A stretch of 64,000 bases of DNA from Eledone cirrhosa. Its lineage: Eukaryota. The stretch spans positions 234,546,001-234,610,000 of the forward strand of contig OZ024740.1 in the NCBI GenBank assembly GCA_964016885.1. Reading direction: 5' to 3'. Below are positions 44,351 through 55,900 of this stretch, piece by piece. The notes beneath the pieces were generated by a model. It searched no databases and was not told where the DNA came from. It worked only from the letters and a program-made list of their open reading frames with translations. The translations under genes and the position numbers were made by a program. The stretch's first letter is position 1. Every line of letters starts with the position of its first letter.

Positions 44351-45378
44351 TATATATATATTTATTATTTTTGTTACATAAAACAATACAACGTGGCTGG
44401 TGAATTTTCAAATCACAGTACCCCCGATTACCTATATATATATGGCATGGTTGGCCATAGGCAAGTCCCTGACAGGACTAAATAGTCAAGTATCAAGCGA
44501 TGGCATTTCTCGAAATCGAATGGTATATATATATAATATATAGAGAACGAAACATTGAGGTTTTTATTGATTAGGCTCAGTTATAAATGTTTCACAGATG
44601 GGTGACACAAGATCCATATTTGTCTTATTGACCCTACTCCAGCACCACTAATCTGCTCAGATAACCTAGTAAAAATTATTTACATAATTAACCCTCTAGT
44701 TATGGTAGCAGGTAGAAAAACTGTGGCACATATTCAGTAACAGTGATCATATCAGGACCTTCTGTCCACAACAAAAGAGATAGCACGCACTAATGCCAAC
44801 ACACAACCACAGAAACAACAACACCAACAGCAGTGTACAATTATAATAACAACAGCAGCAGCAACAGAATCGACACCCTCAGAATGAGAAGCCCTACTAC
44901 AAAGTGGAACATTAGAGAATATAGTTCCTAATATACACAAAAGTGGATGGTCACGACTGAAAATATTTCATCATAGATCTATTCCAGCTAAAAATAACAA
45001 CCCAAATTTCCCTCAAATCAACATCTTAAACGTCTTAAAGAAAAAAAGTACACCTTCGATAGTCTAAGTTTAAAGTCTAAAGTCTAAAGATTATTCCCCC
45101 TGGACAGGACGCCAGTCCATCGTATGTTTAAACCCTCAGCTATTGTTGGTACTTATTTTCAGCTGAGTATACTGGAGCAGCGCGAAAAATTATACCATAT
45201 TGTATATGTCTTATCTTAAAATAATTTATTTTCTATCTGGTTGTACAGTGCATGTGCGGAAGAGTTAAAATAAAAAGTAAAAAGTGTGAGACACTGGGGT
45301 TTTAAAGCTGACTTAAAACATATGAAGAATTGAAAGAAGAAAAAAATATCTGGAAGCCGAACAGATGAGTGTGTGTGG

Positions 45379-45507
<129 letters not shown>

Positions 45508-45892
45508 TGTGTGTGTGTGAAAGGATGGTGTGATGCTAGAGAGATATTACATATTTATAAGCAGTATTAGAGAAAGTAATTATTCTCTCAAAATCTAATG
45601 TTAGTAGAGTATGTGTGGGAAGAGAAAATATGAGTAGAAAGAATAATAACGAAATATACAGGAGTGGGGTTTAAAATACTGCGAATGGAAAGGAAAATAA
45701 CGGAGGAATAATATATATTCATGTGTGTGTGTGTGTGTGTGTGTTTTGTTTGTATATACATGTATATATATATAAGATGGCCGACTGAATGCGTTCGTGT
45801 GGGTTTTTTCTCTCCTTTTTTTTTCTTCTCATTTTCCCCGTTCCTTCCTCTCATCACTCTTTACTTTCTATTTATCTTCTATTTCTAACTCT

Positions 45893-45930
45893 GTCTTCTG
45901 ATGAAGGATTGGTGCCCGAAACGTTAAGAC
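45893..45930 (+). ncRNA. Minimal hammerhead ribozyme in a solo pLTR-like repeat
   Basis: GTCTT-CTGATGA-AGGATTGGTGCCC-GAA-ACGT-T-AAGAC. Confidence 0.7.
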
Positions 45931-46415
45931 TCTCTTCCTGCTATTTCAAGCGTTAAATTAATATATTTCTTCCATGTTCTGTGCCGTTTCTTTTTTGGTT
46001 ATTACTGTTTACGTTATATATATATATATATATATATTGGTAAAAGGAAAAGAAAATGCTGACAAATTGTTCCCAATTATATATATATATACTTATATAT
46101 ATAAATACATACATATATACATACATACATACATACATACATACATACATGGTGGCTGCCAACTCGTTTTCGAGTACGGCCACTACTTTACATCCATGTA
46201 GGAGAACCCCTACCGATGGGCTGAACGAGTGTGACTTTTTAGTCCAGCCAACGACTTGAAAACTCTGGTACAAACACTACACTTGTGACAATTACTGACA
46301 CATAGTGCTGGGCCCATACATACATACATACATACATACATACATACATACATGATGGCTGCCCCCTCGTTATCGAGTATGGCCATTGCACAATAAAAAA
46401 AAAAAAAAAAAAAAA

Positions 46416-46459
<44 letters not shown>

Positions 46460-46720
46460 TTTCTTTATTAACCACAAGGGTTTACATAAAGTAGACATTA
46501 AGGACAGTGCAGGACAATGCAGGACGGTACAAATGGGCATTTCTGCGTGTAAAAAAACAAAAACAGAGGATGTAACAAAAATAACAATGAAAATAACAAT
46601 GAAAAAATTCCCCAATAGGGGGGAGACTTCGGAGGGACATTTGTGGAGAAAGCCCAGTAAAAAGCCACAATGACCCTGACCACCAAGGCAAGTGCCCTCT
46701 CCCAGTTTTCCACCTTTAGT

Positions 46721-49700
46721 TTACAGATATATACTCAGAGTCGGCCCATTCACTCGGGCCATTCTTGCTTCTCTCACCCATCTTTCAACAAAATGCTGGG
46801 AAGAGAGCACTTCCTTCTCTACTCTGATTTTCCTTTTCAAATGAAATTTGAAAAAGTCAATCAGAGCATCACCGAAGAGGTAAGTGCTCGTCTTCAGCCC
46901 TTTCAAACGTGTCCACCATACTATCTCTTTCGCCATGGCCACCAGACAGATAAAAACTGCCTGCCCTTCCCGGCTAAAGGAGGAGGGCGGGGCAATCCTC
47001 ACGATAGACTCAGATGATAGCTGGATCCGTCCTAAACGCGACAGCAGGTGTTCGACATAAACCCACAAGTCAGCAATTTTCGGACACTGGACGAGTGCGT
47101 GCAGGACGGTTTCGTCGCCCTGCGCGCATCTCGGACATGCCCGGCTGACGGCACCTCCATGCCTGTAGAGTTTATCCCGAACTGGCAAGGCTCCTCGGTA
47201 GCACTGCCAGGCCAGAGATTTCTGGAAGTTGTCCATAGGCCCTGGCCCGAAAGTTCTTCCGAAGAGATTGGCTAGTTGATTTTCGTCGACGCCTAGAGTT
47301 TCCCCAAGTACGTCGTCGCTCTTCCCCTCCACTAATCCTCTATAGAACGCCGAGGTGGAGTTTCCACCGATCACATTGCCCGATTGGTCGAGGGCTGTGA
47401 GCGCCTGAAGACATTCCAGTCTCCAGGCGCTCCCTCTCGGTCTTCGCTTGACCCAGGACTGCAGCTCCGTCAAGGAAACGAGCTGGGGAAAAACGCGTCT
47501 AGCAAACGGCGACCACACCTGATCACCGTCGAGGAAGAGGTGGAGATGTCGTAGCCTGAGCGCGTGCCTGCGCATCATCAGCCACGGCATGCCCAGCCCT
47601 CCACGTAGCGGGTGTTGACAACAGATGGACCGCCTGACCATCGGAGCACGTCCCTTCCACAAAAAGCGAAAGAGCAAACGCTCCAGCGCAGTCAGGCGAG
47701 GCTTAGGACAAGGTACGACGGTTAGGCGGTAGCAGATGACAGACGCGATGTACGCGTTAGCCACCTCCGCTCGACCTTTCAGGGATAGCTTCCTCTCCGC
47801 CCATTTCTGGGTGAGAGAAGCCACCCTGCTCGTCACCTCGTCCCAGTTTTTGTCCGTCTGGAGGTCCGGACCGAACCAGACCCCTAGCAATTTAACCGGT
47901 CCGTCCGTCCAGCGCCCGACGACGCTGTTGGACGGCATGGACCTGCCTCTCCAGGTGCCGAGCTGCAGGCCCACTGACTTTTCCTGGTTGATCATTGCTC
48001 CTGTCACCGCTTCGTATTCTCTTAGTGTAGTGCCGATCGCCTCGATGTGTTTGGCGTTCGACACCACTACGGTGACATCGTCCGCATATGCTGACACGGA
48101 TCTTCCGCATCCTAGTTCGCGCGGGACTCCCCTCAACGTCTCCAGTTTGTGCAGTAATGGCTCGAGAGTCAATACGTACAAGAGGGACGAGAGGGGACAT
48201 CCTTGGCGGACCGAGCGCATGATGTTGAACGGTTCCGACAGGTGACCGTTCACTCTCACCACAGAGCAGATGTCGCTGTGCATGGCAGCGATCCAGCCTC
48301 TGAAGACGGGCCCAAAGCCAGCCGCCCTCAGGACTGCCGCTAGGTAACGATGGTCGACCCTATCGAAAGCTTTCGACTGATCTAAATTGATCAAGGACCC
48401 ACCCGTGCCAGGTTCCCTAGCTACCCTCTCTACGATGTATCGCATGAGGTGGAGGTTGTCGTGGATGGATCTGTCGGGAATGGCGCATGTCTGCGCCTCT
48501 CCCACCAGACCACCAACGACAAGCGCCAACCTCTTTGCTAGCACCTTGGCCAAAATCTTAAACTCTGTGTTTAGCAGAGTTATGGGCCGGAAATTGTCTA
48601 TGTTATCCCCCTTGTTCGGATCCTTTCTCAGCAGTGCCACCGCTCCTCGGCTCACAGAACTGGGAATTCTCCCGTTCTGTTGCCAGTTGCAGTAGACGTC
48701 CGCCAAGAGGCCTCCGAACAAGTCTGGCATCTGTACGTAAAGTTCATAGGGCAGACCATCCAAACCAGGCGATTTACCCCTTGTGCAGCCAGTCATTGCC
48801 TCCCTTACTTCAGCGGCTGTTATCGGCTTTTCGCAACACTTCGCCTCAGTGGCCGAGAGCCGCGGCAGTCCGTCGAGGTAGACACTAAAGTCCATCCCTC
48901 TACCCGGCCCCCCGCTGCCCCCGAACAGCTGAGCGAAGTGTCGCTGAAAAGCTTCACACATTTGCCCGGGATCGAGTAGCATGCGCCCGTCGTGGTCCAC
49001 CAAAGACCGGATCGTGGCTTTGTTGCCACGACGCGCCTCCGCCACTCGGGCCCATTGAACGGCTTTCGTCCCCTCGTGTCTGAGAGCACGCACCCTAGCT
49101 CTGACAACGCAGCCTTCGTGCTTTGCATTGAAGAATTGGTCAAGGGCCAATTTCGCCGCAAGCACGTCGGTCGCAATGCCTTTGCTAAGCGCCTCGTCTA
49201 ATTTTCTAACTAGTTCTCCCTCTGCTCTATTTTTCTCTATTGCTAAAGCCTTACTAAACCTAATCGATTCTATTCTAATCGCTCTTTTCAGAGCAAACCA
49301 CCACTTGTTGTTGACGATGGCCCCCGTCAACGCCCGCTTAACTAGTTCGCTAATCCGGTCTCTGTAGGCCTTGCGCGCTGGTAAGGACGCGTTTAGCTTC
49401 CAGTAGCCGGGTCCTCGTCTATGAAGCCTATCTAAGTCAAGCACACAGATCACGAATTTGTGGTCCGTGTAGCTGACTATCTTGAATTGTGGACAGCCTA
49501 TGCTAGACCTATCTATTTCCCTACAAAATACTCTATCTAGATATGATCTGGATGACCCTATGCGGTTTGTCCAAGTCCACATTGGCACATTCGGGAAATC
49601 CAATCGGTACCTGTCAGACAGTTCAAAACGCCTGAGCAGGTTGGTGAGGCTCTTGCACCCTCCACCCCTATCCGCTAATCCCACACAGTCCCAGCGTGCA

Positions 49701-50140
49701 TCTAAGATCCCGTTCCAGTCGCCCACTAACACTAAAGAGCGCGACGTTCCAAGAAAGGTCTCCAGACGCCGGAAGAAATCAGGCCGCCCTGCTCCTGTCG
49801 GGGCATAGACGGCCACTAGCCTGAAAGCTTGCCCGTCTCCGCTGGTCACGTCCAGCACCACCAGCTTACCCTCTGGGTCCAGGAAGATGGCCCGTATGGC
49901 GAGATCCAAACCTCTCCGAAAAAGCACAGCAACTCCTCCACCCGATCCAGGACGGCTGGGAGATGCGTACACATCGTAGCCGCCGAAGATCGGTGCGAAG
50001 GCCCGTGCTTCGGAGATTCTGGTCTCGCTGATGGCCACTACATCTATGTTTAGTGACCTGAGGTCGTTGAGCAGGTGACCCTGCTTCCATGACGACCCCA
50101 AGCCACGCGCATTTATGCTGCCTATTCTGAGTGAGGTCAT
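46721..50140 (-). CDS. ORF2: AP-like endonuclease + reverse transcriptase + C-terminal CCHC zinc finger (1139 aa, intact)
   Basis: APE motifs GSINARG, AISET, VYAP, GDWN, YLDRV, TDHK. RT motifs KSPGLDG, FRPITLLN, LDQSKAFDRV, VRQGCPLS, YADD. C-terminal CPRC-x8-H-x4-C. Confidence 0.96.
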   Translation of the reverse strand: MTSLRIGSINARGLGSSWKQGHLLNDLRSLNIDVVAISETRISEARAFAPIFGGYDVYASPSRPGSGGGVAVLFRRGLDLAIRAIFLDPEGKLVVLDVTSGDGQAFRLVAVYAPTGAGRPDFFRRLETFLGTSRSLVLVGDWNGILDARWDCVGLADRGGGCKSLTNLLRRFELSDRYRLDFPNVPMWTWTNRIGSSRSYLDRVFCREIDRSSIGCPQFKIVSYTDHKFVICVLDLDRLHRRGPGYWKLNASLPARKAYRDRISELVKRALTGAIVNNKWWFALKRAIRIESIRFSKALAIEKNRAEGELVRKLDEALSKGIATDVLAAKLALDQFFNAKHEGCVVRARVRALRHEGTKAVQWARVAEARRGNKATIRSLVDHDGRMLLDPGQMCEAFQRHFAQLFGGSGGPGRGMDFSVYLDGLPRLSATEAKCCEKPITAAEVREAMTGCTRGKSPGLDGLPYELYVQMPDLFGGLLADVYCNWQQNGRIPSSVSRGAVALLRKDPNKGDNIDNFRPITLLNTEFKILAKVLAKRLALVVGGLVGEAQTCAIPDRSIHDNLHLMRYIVERVAREPGTGGSLINLDQSKAFDRVDHRYLAAVLRAAGFGPVFRGWIAAMHSDICSVVRVNGHLSEPFNIMRSVRQGCPLSSLLYVLTLEPLLHKLETLRGVPRELGCGRSVSAYADDVTVVVSNAKHIEAIGTTLREYEAVTGAMINQEKSVGLQLGTWRGRSMPSNSVVGRWTDGPVKLLGVWFGPDLQTDKNWDEVTSRVASLTQKWAERKLSLKGRAEVANAYIASVICYRLTVVPCPKPRLTALERLLFRFLWKGRAPMVRRSICCQHPLRGGLGMPWLMMRRHALRLRHLHLFLDGDQVWSPFARRVFPQLVSLTELQSWVKRRPRGSAWRLECLQALTALDQSGNVIGGNSTSAFYRGLVEGKSDDVLGETLGVDENQLANLFGRTFGPGPMDNFQKSLAWQCYRGALPVRDKLYRHGGAVSRACPRCAQGDETVLHALVQCPKIADLWVYVEHLLSRLGRIQLSSESIVRIAPPSSFSREGQAVFICLVAMAKEIVWWTRLKGLKTSTYLFGDALIDFFKFHLKRKIRVEKEVLSSQHFVERWVREARMARVNGPTLSIYL

Positions 50141-50175
50141 GTTTAAAATAGAGTGGAAAAGATGGGAAAGACCAC

Positions 50176-52276
50176 TTACCGTATTTTTGGTAGAGGAGGG
50201 ATGGTTTTTACATCCCTTTTCACTTGATCGTCTGGTGAAGGGACCGTTGAATCGTCCCTTCGGCTGGTCGTCGGCTCTTCTAAGAGAATGTCTGAATATA
50301 CTCTTCGATTAATGGTTCCTCCTAGGTCCCTGAAATCACCAACTGCGTTGGGGAATTTCGTTTTAATGTTTGTGTATTGTTTCTGTGCTATTTTTAGCAG
50401 TCTTATGTTAGTTGGCGTTTTGATTGGTGCTGGTATTATGTAGTCCTGTTGTGAAATGTCTGTGTGTTCAATTATGTAAGTCATTAGTTTCTTGTTGTGT
50501 GTGTTTATTGCCGTGCATTTGTTTTTCTGGGGGTGGGGTGTGGTTCTGCTATTTTCTTGTCGTTGTTGCTGGGTGTGTGTGTTTTGTTGTTGTGTTTGCG
50601 ATGTTGGTGCTTGTGGTGGTGGTGTTGAAGGTGTTGTTGGCGGTGGGGTTGTCGCCGGTGGTGATGGTGGTGCTGGTGTGGGTGGTGATGGTGTTGGTGG
50701 TGTTGCTGCTGTGGGTCTCTTTGCAGTAGACTTTACCCTTTTCTCATTTCTTTCCTCCCTTTTCAAAGGCGACGATGCGCTGCTTCTGCGTTTGTGCCTT
50801 CTTGAGACCTTTTGCCATCCCTCTCCCACCTCACACTCCATGTCTGATTCTGTAAGGTCGGGGAGGGGTACCAGCTCCACTCTTTCACTTGTTGTTGTTG
50901 GTGATGTTTGCACTGGAGTCTCTGTTGCAGCTGCATTTGGTATTGCTGTTGTTGTTGTTAATATTTCCACTGCTGCTGCTGTCTTTGATTTCCGTGGAGT
51001 GGGTATGGGTGCCACGGACCTATCGTTCCTGGTTGCCGCTTGTCCTGTTGCTGGTAGCCGTGGAACCGGATTCGGGAGGAGGGGGGTTTTCTCCTTTCTC
51101 AGGGTCTTCTCGTTGCAGAAGGCCCTGAGGTGAGTCTTCGATCCACAGCGAAAGCATTTCGGGCGTTTGCCCTCAACACTTATGGGCAGTTGAGTGCCGT
51201 TATCGAAGTCTATCACATCCGGGATAGCTTCGATGCACTCCTGGTTGGTTTGGATTAGCATCTCAATGGAGGAGCCGACCCAATCTTCTCTTACTTTTTT
51301 CTGTACTTGCAGTACAGTTGTTTTGTCCTCGATTCCGACGAGGACAGACGCGGCCAGCCAAGAAGGGGTCATTCCGGGGGGGACGTGGGTCAGTTTGACC
51401 CTCACAATTTTTTGCCCGCAGTAGGAGGGCACCAACACCATTTCCTCGCTCCTTAGGGTCACTACTGATTGGGCCTTTGCCTCCTGGGGTGTGGCAAAAA
51501 GTACGTCTACGGTGGCGTATTTTTTGCCTCGGGTGATGTGCGTTTTCCTCTGCCACACAGACCCCAAGGCTTTTTGTATTTGGGCCTCTGTGGCTCTTTC
51601 CACCCTACGGGATTTTGTACTTACTGTACGGTACGTGACCGTACAGTGCTCTTGGGTTTCGAAAAAATTTTTCGCTGCCTTGCAGATTGCTCGGTGTCCG
51701 TTCTTTGTCACCATCTTCTTCGCTTCCTCTAATTCCTCATTTGTTATGAGGATTGTTTCCAGGTTTTTCGCAATACCTGCAAATGAGATTGGTTTTTCTC
51801 TGCTGTTGTTGTTGTCGTCAGAGCTGCTGGTACTTTTGTTGTTGCTGCAGGTACTACGACTACTGCCTCCGCCGCTGTTGCTGTGGTTGTTGTTGGTGTT
51901 GCTGCTGCTAATGCTGTTGTTGTTTATGCTGCTGGTGATGCTGTTGCGGCTGCTACTGTTGTTTTCATTGTCACTGTTGCTGTTGTTATTACGGCTGCTA
52001 CTGCTATTATTCCTGACGTCAGACGAATGAACTGGGTTTTCGTATTTCCCGCACACCTGTTTCGTCGCTGTCGTCGTCGTCGTGGAGAAACCTTGCACGC
52101 TTTGCACGAGACTTTTCTTTTCTTTCGTCGCTTGCGAAAGAGAAGGTAGGGAGAGAGACACATTTAAAGAAGGGAGGGAGAGAGACAATCTTCTCTCTCC
52201 TGTAGTGATGATTGAGGAAGAAGAAGACGGAATGAGTGGGAGTGACGTATGAAATTTTTTTTTTTTTGGTAGCCAT
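50176..52276 (-). CDS. ORF1, gag-like nucleic-acid-binding protein with CCHC knuckle; apparent frameshift in an A-run just after the ATG
   Basis: CFRCGSKTHLRAFC knuckle, plus S/N-rich and P/T-rich tracts. The ATG at 52276 (MATKKK) is out of frame because a 13-nt homopolymer replaces the 9-nt stretch seen in copy 2. Confidence 0.85.
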
Positions 52277-52489
52277 GTTTTTTTGTTTAAAATGAAATTT
52301 TGGGTACAAAACCCCAATAACTGGCTATTTAACCCCGAAGGGCCAAATAACGGACAGAAAGACCCCTCTCACGAGGAGGAGGGTGTCTTTATCAACAATT
52401 TGGTTCAAGTTTTAAACAATTTACAATTGTTTTAACGGTTAAAAATTACTATACCTTACAGAGCCGAGCCTCCGTCAACCATGGCATTC

Positions 52490-52522
<33 letters not shown>

Positions 52523-52549
52523 AAAAAAAAAAAAAAAAAAAAAGGGAAA

Positions 52550-52586
<37 letters not shown>

Positions 52587-52994
52587 TATACATATATATA
52601 TATATACACGTATATATACACACACACATACATACACATACATACATATATACACACACACATACATACACATACACTCACACATATATACACACATACA
52701 TTAATAACAATAATAATAATAATAATAATAATGATTTCTTTATTAACCACAAGGGTTTACATAAAGTAGACATTAAGGACAGTGCAGGACAATGCAGGAC
52801 GGTACAAATGGGCATTTCTGCGTGTAAAAAAACAAAAATAGAGGATGTAACAAAAATAACAATGAAAATAACAATGAAAAATTCCCCAATAGGGGGGAGA
52901 CTTCGGAGGGACATTTGTGGAGAAAGCCCAGTAAAAAGCCACAATGACCCTGACCACCAAGGCAAGTGCCCTCTCCCAGTTTTCCACCTTTAGT

Positions 52995-55900
52995 TTACAG
53001 ATATATACTCAGAGTCGGCCCATTCACTCGGGCCATTCTTGCTTCTCTCACCCATCTTTCAACAAAATGCTGGGAAGAGAGCACTTCCTTCTCTACTCTG
53101 ATTTTCCTTTTCAAATGAAATTTGAAAAAGTCAATCAGAGCATCACCGAAGAGGTAAGTGCTCGTCTTCAGCCCTTTCAAACGTGTCCACCATACTATCT
53201 CTTTCGCCATGGCCACCAGACAGATAAAAACTGCCTGCCCTTCCCGGCTAAAGGAGGAGGGCGGGGCAATCCTCACGATGGACTCAGATGATAGCTGGAT
53301 CCGTCCTAAACGCGACAGCAGGTGTTCGACATAAACCCACAAGTCAGCAATTTTCGGACACTGGACGAGTGCGTGCAGGACGGTTTCGTCGCCCTGCGCG
53401 CATCTCGGACATGCCCGGCTGACGGCACCTCCATGCCTGTAGAGTTTATCCCGAACTGGCAAGGCTCCTCGGTAGCACTGCCAGGCCAGAGATTTCTGGA
53501 AGTTGTCCATAGGCCCTGGCCCGAAAGTTCTTCCGAAGAGATTGGCTAGTTGATTTTCGTCGACGCCTAGAGTTTCCCCAAGTACGTCGTCGCTCTTCCC
53601 CTCCACTAATCCTCTATAGAACGCCGAGGTGGAGTTTCCACCGATCACATTGCCCGATTGGTCGAGGGCTGTGAGCGCCTGAAGACATTCCAGTCTCCAG
53701 GCGCTCCCTCTCGGTCTTCGCTTGACCCAGGACTGCAGCTCCGTCAAGGAAACGAGCTGGGGAAAAACGCGTCTAGCAAACGGCGACCACACCTGATCAC
53801 CGTCGAGGAAGAGGTGGAGATGTCGTAGCCTGAGCGCGTGCCTGCGCATCATCAGCCACGGCATGCCCAGCCCTCCACGTAGCGGGTGTTGACAACAGAT
53901 GGACCGCCTGACCATCGGAGCACGTCCCTTCCACAAAAAGCGAAAGAGCAAACGCTCCAGCGCAGTCAGGCGAGGCTTAGGACAAGGTACGACGGTTAGG
54001 CGGTAGCAGATGACAGACGCGATGTACGCGTTAGCCACCTCCGCTCGACCTTTCAGGGATAGCTTCCTCTCCGCCCATTTCTGGGTGAGAGAAGCCACCC
54101 TGCTCGTCACCTCGTCCCAGTTTTTGTCCGTCTGGAGGTCCGGACCGAACCAGACCCCTAGCAATTTAACCGGTCCGTCCGTCCAGCGCCCGACGACGCT
54201 GTTGGACGGCATGGACCTGCCTCTCCAGGTGCCGAGCTGCAGGCCCACTGACTTTTCCTGGTTGATCATTGCTCCTGTCACCGCTTCGTATTCTCTTAGT
54301 GTAGTGCCGATCGCCTCGATGTGTTTGGCGTTCGACACCACTACGGTGACATCGTCCGCATATGCTGACACGGATCTCCCGCATCCTAGTTCGCGCGGGA
54401 CTCCCCTCAACGTCTCCAGTTTGTGCAGTAATGGCTCGAGAGTCAATACGTACAAGAGGGACGAGAGGGGACATCCTTGGCGGACCGAGCGCATGATGTT
54501 GAACGGTTCCGACAGGTGACCGTTCACTCTCACCACAGAGCAGATGTCGCTGTGCATGGCAGCGATCCAGCCTCTGAAGACGGGCCCAAAGCCAGCCGCC
54601 CTCAGGACTGCCGCTAGGTAACGATGGTCGACCCTATCGAAAGCTTTCGACTGATCTAAATTGATCAAGGACCCACCCGTGCCAGGTTCCCTAGCTACCC
54701 TCTCTACGATGTATCGCATGAGGTGGAGGTTGTCGTGGATGGATCTGTCGGGAATGGCGCATGTCTGCGCCTCTCCCACCAGACCACCAACGACAAGCGC
54801 CAACCTCTTTGCTAGCACCTTGGCCAAAATCTTAAACTCTGTGTTTAGCAGAGTTATGGGCCGGAAATTGTCTATGTTATCCCCCTTGTTCGGATCCTTT
54901 CTCAGCAGTGCCACCGCTCCTCGGCTCACAGAACTGGGAATTCTCCCGTTCTGTTGCCAGTTGCAGTAGACGTCCGCCAAGAGGCCTCCGAACAAGTCTG
55001 GCATCTGTACGTAAAGTTCATAGGGCAGACCATCCAAACCAGGCGATTTACCCCTTGTGCAGCCAGTCATTGCCTCCCGTACTTCAGCGGCTGTTATCGG
55101 CTTTTCGCAACACTTCGCCTCAGTGGCCGAGAGCCGCGGCAGTCCGTCGAGGTAGACACTAAAGTCCATCCCTCTACCCGGCCCCCCGCTGCCCCCGAAC
55201 AGCTGAGCGAAGTGTCGCTGAAAAGCTTCACACATTTGCCCGGGATCGAGTAGCATGCGCCCGTCGTGGTCCACCAAAGACCGGATCGTGGCTTTGTTGC
55301 CACGACGCGCCTCCGCCACTCGGGCCCATTGAACGGCTTTCGTCCCCTCGTGTCTGAGAGCACGCACCCTAGCTCTGACAACGCAGCCTTCGTGCTTTGC
55401 ATTGAAGAATTGGTCAAGGGCCAATTTCGCCGCAAGCACGTCGGTCGCAATGCCTTTGCTAAGCGCCTCGTCTAATTTTCTAACTAGTTCTCCCTCTGCT
55501 CTATTTTTCTCTATTGCTAAAGCCTTACTAAACCTAATCGATTCTATTCTAATCGCTCTTTTCAGAGCAAACCACCACTTGTTGTTGACGATGGCCCCCG
55601 TCAACGCCCGCTTAACTAGTTCGCTAATCCGGTCTCTGTAGGCCTTGCGCGCTGGTAAGGACGCGTTTAGCTTCCAGTAGCCGGGTCCTCGTCTATGAAG
55701 CCTATCTAAGTCAAGCACACAGATCACGAATTTGTGGTCCGTGTAGCTGACTATCTTGAATTGTGGACAGCCTATGCTAGACCTATCTATTTCCCTACAA
55801 AATACTCTATCTAGATATGATCTGGATGACCCTATGCGGTTTGTCCAAGTCCACATTGGCACATTCGGGAAATCCAATCGGTACCTGTCAGACAGTTCAA

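Larger units (their letters stand above)
46458..52489 (-). mobile_element. Full-length L1/Tx1-clade non-LTR retrotransposon, array copy 1 (~6.03 kb)
   Basis: 5' end GAATGCCATGG follows (ATT)8. Two ORFs. 3' end AATAAAGAAATC is followed by (ATT)14. Near-identical to copies 2 and 3. Confidence 0.95.

Noticed and set aside
52355-52390. HDV-like ribozyme in the Tx1 5' UTR (contains TCCTCGT)
   Set aside because: No P1 partner and no GG positioned for P1.1; it folds better as a simple hairpin.
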